Below, piece by piece: positions 47,991 through 52,514 of a stretch of DNA of 52,514 nucleotides. Position numbers and translations under genes: made by a program. The stretch comes from Candidatus Pacearchaeota archaeon. GTDB lineage: Archaea; Nanobdellota; Nanobdellia; Pacearchaeales; GW2011-AR1. The notes beneath the pieces were generated by a model. That model ran no database searches, had not been told where the DNA came from, and was given only the letters and a program-made list of their open reading frames with translations. Each line of letters starts with the position of its first letter. Within the stretch, counting starts at the first letter, position 1. The stretch covers positions 1-52,514 of the forward strand of contig JASFEO010000007.1 of NCBI GenBank assembly GCA_050124795.1, in the 5' to 3' direction.

Positions 47991-48374
47991 ATGGCAATTA
48001 GTGATTTAAAATATATGCGTCTTAACCGAATGTTAAACCTTCAATGCAAAATTCCTCTTAGGGAAGGAGGCTTAATTAGAAAAAGAGGAGGCGGAAAACT
48101 AAGATTGTCCTTTGCGACTATTCCAAATGAAAATAAACTTAATGAAGAACAAACAAGAGAAATTCTTGAAGACATTGCAGAAGAAGGATTATCTGTTTGT
48201 TATATTGATAAAAAAACAAAGGCTCTTGATAGTTTCGCGTTTTCTTCACAATTAACTCTTCCTGAAAAAGGCTATGTTGTAATGAATGAAAAAACTCCTT
48301 TAATCTATCTCGCAAAAGATAAACTTCCTGAAGATTATGTTGAATTCTTTGATAATTTAGCAACTGCGTTTTGA
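47991..48374 (+). CDS. hypothetical protein
   Basis: 127-aa ORF with TATA ~25 nt upstream. Confidence 0.6.
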   Translation: MAISDLKYMRLNRMLNLQCKIPLREGGLIRKRGGGKLRLSFATIPNENKLNEEQTREILEDIAEEGLSVCYIDKKTKALDSFAFSSQLTLPEKGYVVMNEKTPLIYLAKDKLPEDYVEFFDNLATAF

Positions 48375-48412
48375 ATAATTACATTTTTATACGCCCTCTT
48401 CTTTTCTTATCA

Positions 48413-49228
48413 ATGAACAAAAGAGGGAAATTCAATAAAATAGTTCGCGACATAAAGTCAGTAAAAATCCAAGGTGCTCGCAACGTCGCAAAAAATGCTT
48501 TAATTGCTTATTCCTTGATTCCGACGGAAAAATCAAAAAAAATTCTTCTTTCATTAAGACCAACTGAACCCATGATGGAAAATGTTCTTGACATGGCAGA
48601 AAAAAATCAGGACTATAAAAAAATATTGCAGCACTTTGACTCGGCGCAAAATGAAATTAATGAATCAGTTTTCAAATTAATAAAATCAGGAAATGTAATT
48701 TTTACTCACTGCCATTCAACAAATGTTATTAACGCTTTAATTTTTGCAAAGAAAAGAGGAAAAAAATTTGAAGTTTATAATACTGAAACCCGCCCGTTAT
48801 TCCAGGGAAGAAAAACAGCTAAAGAATTAAGAAAAAATAAAATTAAAGTTACAATGTTTGTTGATTCTGCTTTGGGTGTTGCCCTTTCAAATGAAGACGG
48901 AACAAAAAAACCAAACTTAGTTTTTCTAGGTGCAGATGCCTTGACAAAAAAAGGAATAGTAAACAAAATCGGAAGTGAAGTAATTGCAAGAATCGCAAAA
49001 GAAGAAAAAATTCCAGTTTATATTATTGCTGATTCATGGAAATATACAAAATCAAAAGTTCCGCGAGAGCAAAGAAAATTAAATGAAGTTTGGGACAATG
49101 CACCTAAGGGAATAAAACTAAAAAATCCTGCTTTTGAATTTGTCAAGAAAAAATATATTTCAGGAATTGTGAGTGAATTTGGAGTTATGAAATATGGGGA
49201 ATTTTTGAAGAGTATGAGAAAATTCTAA
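48413..49228 (+). CDS. eIF-2B-family protein, ribose-1,5-bisphosphate isomerase-like
   Basis: IQGA, RPTEP, THCHS, ETRP.FQG, GAD, NKIGS, NPAF; start moved to 48413. Confidence 0.85.
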   Translation: MNKRGKFNKIVRDIKSVKIQGARNVAKNALIAYSLIPTEKSKKILLSLRPTEPMMENVLDMAEKNQDYKKILQHFDSAQNEINESVFKLIKSGNVIFTHCHSTNVINALIFAKKRGKKFEVYNTETRPLFQGRKTAKELRKNKIKVTMFVDSALGVALSNEDGTKKPNLVFLGADALTKKGIVNKIGSEVIARIAKEEKIPVYIIADSWKYTKSKVPREQRKLNEVWDNAPKGIKLKNPAFEFVKKKYISGIVSEFGVMKYGEFLKSMRKF

Positions 49229-49253
49229 ACCAATTATCTCTTTTTAAGAATTA

Positions 49254-49916
49254 TTATAATCCATCACCTATTTTCAAATAAATTTTTTTGTTTCCTAAAA
49301 TTGTCTGGCCAAGATAATTATTCCACAAAGATTCAGCAATAGCAAAAGACTCTTTGGTTTTTGTTCTGAGGACTTTCTTGATATTTTTTAGCATTTGTTT
49401 TTTTGCTCTGTTGTGCGCTTCTTCTGAAGAGTTGCCTTTTATTATTGACAGCGGAACAAGATTTGAAGATTCTAAAAATAATTTTGCAGTCTTGTCTTTT
49501 ATTGGATTTCCGACCCAGTTTTCATTATAATAAAATTCAAAAGGCAAGGTATAGCCAATAAAACATCCATTAGAATTTTTAATAATTTTTTCTCCAAGAA
49601 TTGAGGCTGCTTCGCATGACCGCGCATAAACAATTCTCTCTTTAAGAATTTCTTCATTTTCTCCTGCCGTGACAATGATTTCATCTTTATGCCCTGCAAT
49701 TGCTTCTTCACTTCCATGACCATTTAAAAAAACCATTTTGCAATCAAGTTTATTCATGGCTCTTGTGAATTCTTCTTTGTTTACAGACTTGCCCTTGAGT
49801 GTTTTGCAAAATACATTTTTCTTGCGACAGACGTCTTCAATTGGCGCAGAAAAAATCGAGAGATATTCAGTGACTATGTCATGTCTTGGAGCAGTCAGCA
49901 AAATACCTTTTTTCAT
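49254..49916 (-). CDS. caspase/CHAT/gingipain-fold protein
   Basis: VFLNGHG and VYARSC (His-Gly/Cys dyad pattern), FIGY. Confidence 0.65.
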   Translation of the reverse strand: MKKGILLTAPRHDIVTEYLSIFSAPIEDVCRKKNVFCKTLKGKSVNKEEFTRAMNKLDCKMVFLNGHGSEEAIAGHKDEIIVTAGENEEILKERIVYARSCEAASILGEKIIKNSNGCFIGYTLPFEFYYNENWVGNPIKDKTAKLFLESSNLVPLSIIKGNSSEEAHNRAKKQMLKNIKKVLRTKTKESFAIAESLWNNYLGQTILGNKKIYLKIGDGL

Positions 49917-50162
49917 TTAATCTACAGAAACAAGGGCTCTTGTCAATTCTCCGCTTGCAACTGCTCTTAGAAATTGAAGATGCCTTTTTACTATCTGCCT
50001 CCCTATTTTATCATCTTCTCTAACATGGCGAATCATTTCTTCCTTATCCATTGCTCCATAACTTCCCATTGCAAGTTTAAGATTCGTTGGAACTTGCGCA
50101 TCAATCCTCGCAATAACTGAATTTTTTATTGTTTCACTAATTTCATTATCTTTATTTTCCAT
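49917..50162 (-). CDS. small hypothetical protein
   Basis: 81 aa, abutting the caspase-fold gene. Confidence 0.75.
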   Translation of the reverse strand: MENKDNEISETIKNSVIARIDAQVPTNLKLAMGSYGAMDKEEMIRHVREDDKIGRQIVKRHLQFLRAVASGELTRALVSVD

Positions 50163-50353
50163 TATAAAATAATTCCCTCCAATGCTTTTAAGATTTTCTT
50201 TCCGAGTTCAGTATTCTCCTTAATCTCAAGATATGCAGTATTCCATGTATATGATTTGTCATCAACCACAACAAGGATATCATTCCTTAAATCATCTGGA
50301 ACATTTGCATAAATCTTAAGAAATTCTTGCCTTTTGCTAAGATACTCTGCCAT
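50162..50353 (-). CDS. small hypothetical protein
   Basis: 63 aa, TAATG overlap with the next gene; own TATA. Confidence 0.75.
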   Translation of the reverse strand: MAEYLSKRQEFLKIYANVPDDLRNDILVVVDDKSYTWNTAYLEIKENTELGKKILKALEGIIL

Positions 50354-50403
50354 ATTAAAATAAATAAAACCGATTATATAAATTTATCTTAGCTTTCATA
50401 GTT

Positions 50404-50886
50404 TTATTTCTCACATTCACAATTCCCATCGTCATCACAAGTGCAATCTTCATCACCGCAGCCTTTGCATTCATGATTATGTTCATGCGAATGCACATGA
50501 GCAGACTGCGCCTCATCAATTAATTTCATAAATTCCTCATTTGTCTCATTCATTGCTTTTGTTAAATCCATTTTTGCTTCTTCTAACTTTTCAATTTGTG
50601 TTTCAATAATTTTTTTTGTCTCAGGAATTGTTTTCTTTACCATATTTCCCTCTCCAACATCAACTGTTAATTCTTCACTAACAAGTTTTGCCTTTGCAAA
50701 AATCCCCCGACCAATTGGCGCGAAAATTTCAGAATCCTTTTTTCCAACAAGTTCTGAAAGTCCTAAATTCAAACCACTCATCTCAACAATTCCCTGCTCA
50801 ACTGCCTGCAGCTGCTGCTGAATCTGCTTTAACTGCTGCTCAAACATCTGCAACTTAAACATCATTTCCTGCTGATTTTGTTCCAT
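50404..50886 (-). CDS. pfdA: prefoldin alpha subunit with His/Cys-rich tail
   Basis: Coiled coils flanking PIGRGIF..VDVGEG..V.K. Confidence 0.9.
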   Translation of the reverse strand: MEQNQQEMMFKLQMFEQQLKQIQQQLQAVEQGIVEMSGLNLGLSELVGKKDSEIFAPIGRGIFAKAKLVSEELTVDVGEGNMVKKTIPETKKIIETQIEKLEEAKMDLTKAMNETNEEFMKLIDEAQSAHVHSHEHNHECKGCGDEDCTCDDDGNCECEK

Positions 50887-50963
50887 AGAAAAAACTAAAA
50901 AAACTCTTGTTTTAAATCTTTTGATTTAACAAAAATTAAAAACCTCTTTAACTTAATTAAGTA

Positions 50964-51563
50964 ATGAAAATTTACAAACAAGAAACATCTAAATCTTGTG
51001 GAGTTGCGTGTCTAAGAAGCATAATAAATCATTATGGAAATAATTTTTCTGAAAAAGACATTTGGAACAAACACGTTTCTTTTCAATCAAAAACAGGAAT
51101 CTTAAATCCTATTCTCTGTCTTGGAGTAACTGCACTAAAATTTGGTTTCAATGCAACTTACATTGGATATAATCCAATAATCACAAACAAAAATAAATAC
51201 CCTGATTTAGAAAAATCACTAAAAGCAAAATCAAAAAATTATTTTGACTATGGAAAATCCATAATTGATAATGCATTGGAATTCTTGAAACTTGGAGGAA
51301 AAATAAAAATTGATAAATTAAATATAGAAAAAATCAAAAAACTAATTGATAAAAATAATTTTATTCTTGTAGAAGTAAAACCTGCATTTGTCAATAAAAA
51401 AGCGTCAATAAATTTTAATCACAAAGTGATTGTCACAGGATACAATAAAAAAGGATTTAAAATTCTTAACCCTTCTGATGCAAAAGAATACTTGGGGGAT
51501 TTTGATTCTTTTCTCCTCGCGTTTTATGCTGCAGTTCCAGAATTATTAATAATAAAACCTTAA
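50964..51563 (+). CDS. C39-like cysteine peptidase
   Basis: QETSKSCGVAC, HKVIVTGY, NP. Confidence 0.85.
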   Translation: MKIYKQETSKSCGVACLRSIINHYGNNFSEKDIWNKHVSFQSKTGILNPILCLGVTALKFGFNATYIGYNPIITNKNKYPDLEKSLKAKSKNYFDYGKSIIDNALEFLKLGGKIKIDKLNIEKIKKLIDKNNFILVEVKPAFVNKKASINFNHKVIVTGYNKKGFKILNPSDAKEYLGDFDSFLLAFYAAVPELLIIKP

Positions 51564-51580
51564 TCGCCTTTGGTGATTTT

Positions 51581-51801
51581 TTATTCAGAATATTTCTTCA
51601 ACTTTTCATCAATCCTTTTTCGCCTATCCTGAATCTCTCTTGGAGTTTCAACATGGAGATAACCAGAATTACCATACTCATCATTTGGTCCCACTTTGGG
51701 AGAATGCTCAAAAAATTCATCAGGCACTCTTTCATGATCCCACGGAACTCTCTCACGAGAAACCCTAATTGATTTTAATATATATATATTAATGTTAACA
51801 T
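51581..51801 (-). pseudogene. small ORF frameshifted in an (AT)6 tract
   Basis: ATG 51801 with TATA; removing one AT unit at 51778-51789 gives a 72-aa ORF. Confidence 0.5.
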
Positions 51802-51846
51802 TTTACCTAAATGAGTTTAAAGTTAATAAATTTTTCTAATAATTTT

Positions 51847-52317
51847 CTAACCAACCTTCAAATACTTTCCAACAAAATAAGTCACAATAATTACAAAAAT
51901 TGCAATTCCTAAATGCTCAAAAATTGCATTAATGCTTGATTGCCCCCTGGATTTTGAAATATAAAAACTTAAAATTATAATTAATGATAGTCCCCAGACA
52001 ATGCTCAAAATTACTGCCAGACCCAATTCAAAAAACAAAATAAAAAAAATAAAACTCAATGCAAAAACAAACTTTGAAAAAAATGTCGCAAGTGTTGCCT
52101 CCCAAATTTCCTTAATTGAATTTTTCTTTTCCCCCTCTTCAGAAATATGAATTCCGACTGCATCAGAAAGCGAGTCAGCAATTGCAATAACCAAAATCCC
52201 TGCAATCACAACAAACCTGCTTTGCGTTGAAGAATACAAACCAATAATCAAACCAAGAGTTGTAGTAATCCCCGAAGTCAGACCAAAACTAAAACCCTTT
52301 TTTATTGATGCTTTCAT
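51847..52317 (-). CDS. VIT1/CCC1-family membrane protein
   Basis: FGLTSGITT, ADSLSDAVG.HISE. Confidence 0.85.
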   Translation of the reverse strand: MKASIKKGFSFGLTSGITTTLGLIIGLYSSTQSRFVVIAGILVIAIADSLSDAVGIHISEEGEKKNSIKEIWEATLATFFSKFVFALSFIFFILFFELGLAVILSIVWGLSLIIILSFYISKSRGQSSINAIFEHLGIAIFVIIVTYFVGKYLKVG

Positions 52318-52440
52318 TTTTTATTAAAAGACTTTTTTCATTTAAAAATTTTTATTTCTTGATTAGTTCAAAAGATTGTTACTTTTTCTAAATAGTTACA
52401 AAACCAAAAGATTTTTAAAGTCTAACTTTATAAAAATTTC

Positions 52441-52514
52441 ATGGCACCAATTTATCAATTTAAGATGAGTGAAGATGAGGCAGAAGGATTTAGAAAACTA
52501 GGTTATAGTCCAAT
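52441..52514 (+). CDS. 5' part of a hypothetical ORF running off the window
   Basis: MAPIYQFKMSEDEAEGFRKLGYSP..., TATA ~25 nt upstream. Confidence 0.45.
   Translation, partial: MAPIYQFKMSEDEAEGFRKLGYSP

Noticed and set aside
1367-49920. Many short antisense or alternate-frame ORFs in the track (e.g. 1367, 3979, 12333, 17888)
   Set aside because: They lie inside well-supported genes and have shadow-frame composition
1-52514. CRISPR array, tRNA introns, alternative genetic code
   Set aside because: No regularly spaced repeats seen; all four tRNAs are uninterrupted; conserved genes translate fully with standard stops

Overview
This is a very AT-rich archaeal chromosomal segment. The gene content and compact, mostly leaderless organisation point to a DPANN archaeon, probably Pacearchaeota-like (inference). 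1-10 kb holds the end of an IS5-type transposase, an information-processing cluster (rpl21e-rpoF-DUF655-rps13-rps4-rps11-rpoD, rpoN, Rpp21) interrupted by small orphan ORFs, a stand-alone 5S rRNA, four tRNAs and secF-secD. 10.6-46.9 kb is a ~36 kb surface-glycosylation locus ending in aglH-like and aglB genes. It encodes a bacterial-type CMP-Kdo pathway (kdsD, kdsA, kdsB), a candidate CMP-sugar transferase, a GT9-GT2 fusion, five B12-binding radical SAM enzymes, methyltransferases, a FemAB-like protein, GT-C proteins and flippases. 47-52.5 kb holds SpoIIM-like, R15P-isomerase-like, caspase-fold, prefoldin, C39-peptidase and VIT1 genes. The most notable observations are: Kdo/LPS-core-like chemistry inside an archaeal N-glycosylation locus; a 1171-bp Fic-carrying insertion that precisely splits an SpvB/Rhs-like gene; two structured mini-elements attached to tRNA 3' ends; a tRNA-Leu with an A34 (AAG) anticodon; an orphan gene in the rps13-rps4 junction flanked by a 13-bp duplication; and a caspase-fold three-gene operon. 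All protein assignments come from motif recognition, not database searches. Several starts were moved to internal ATGs.
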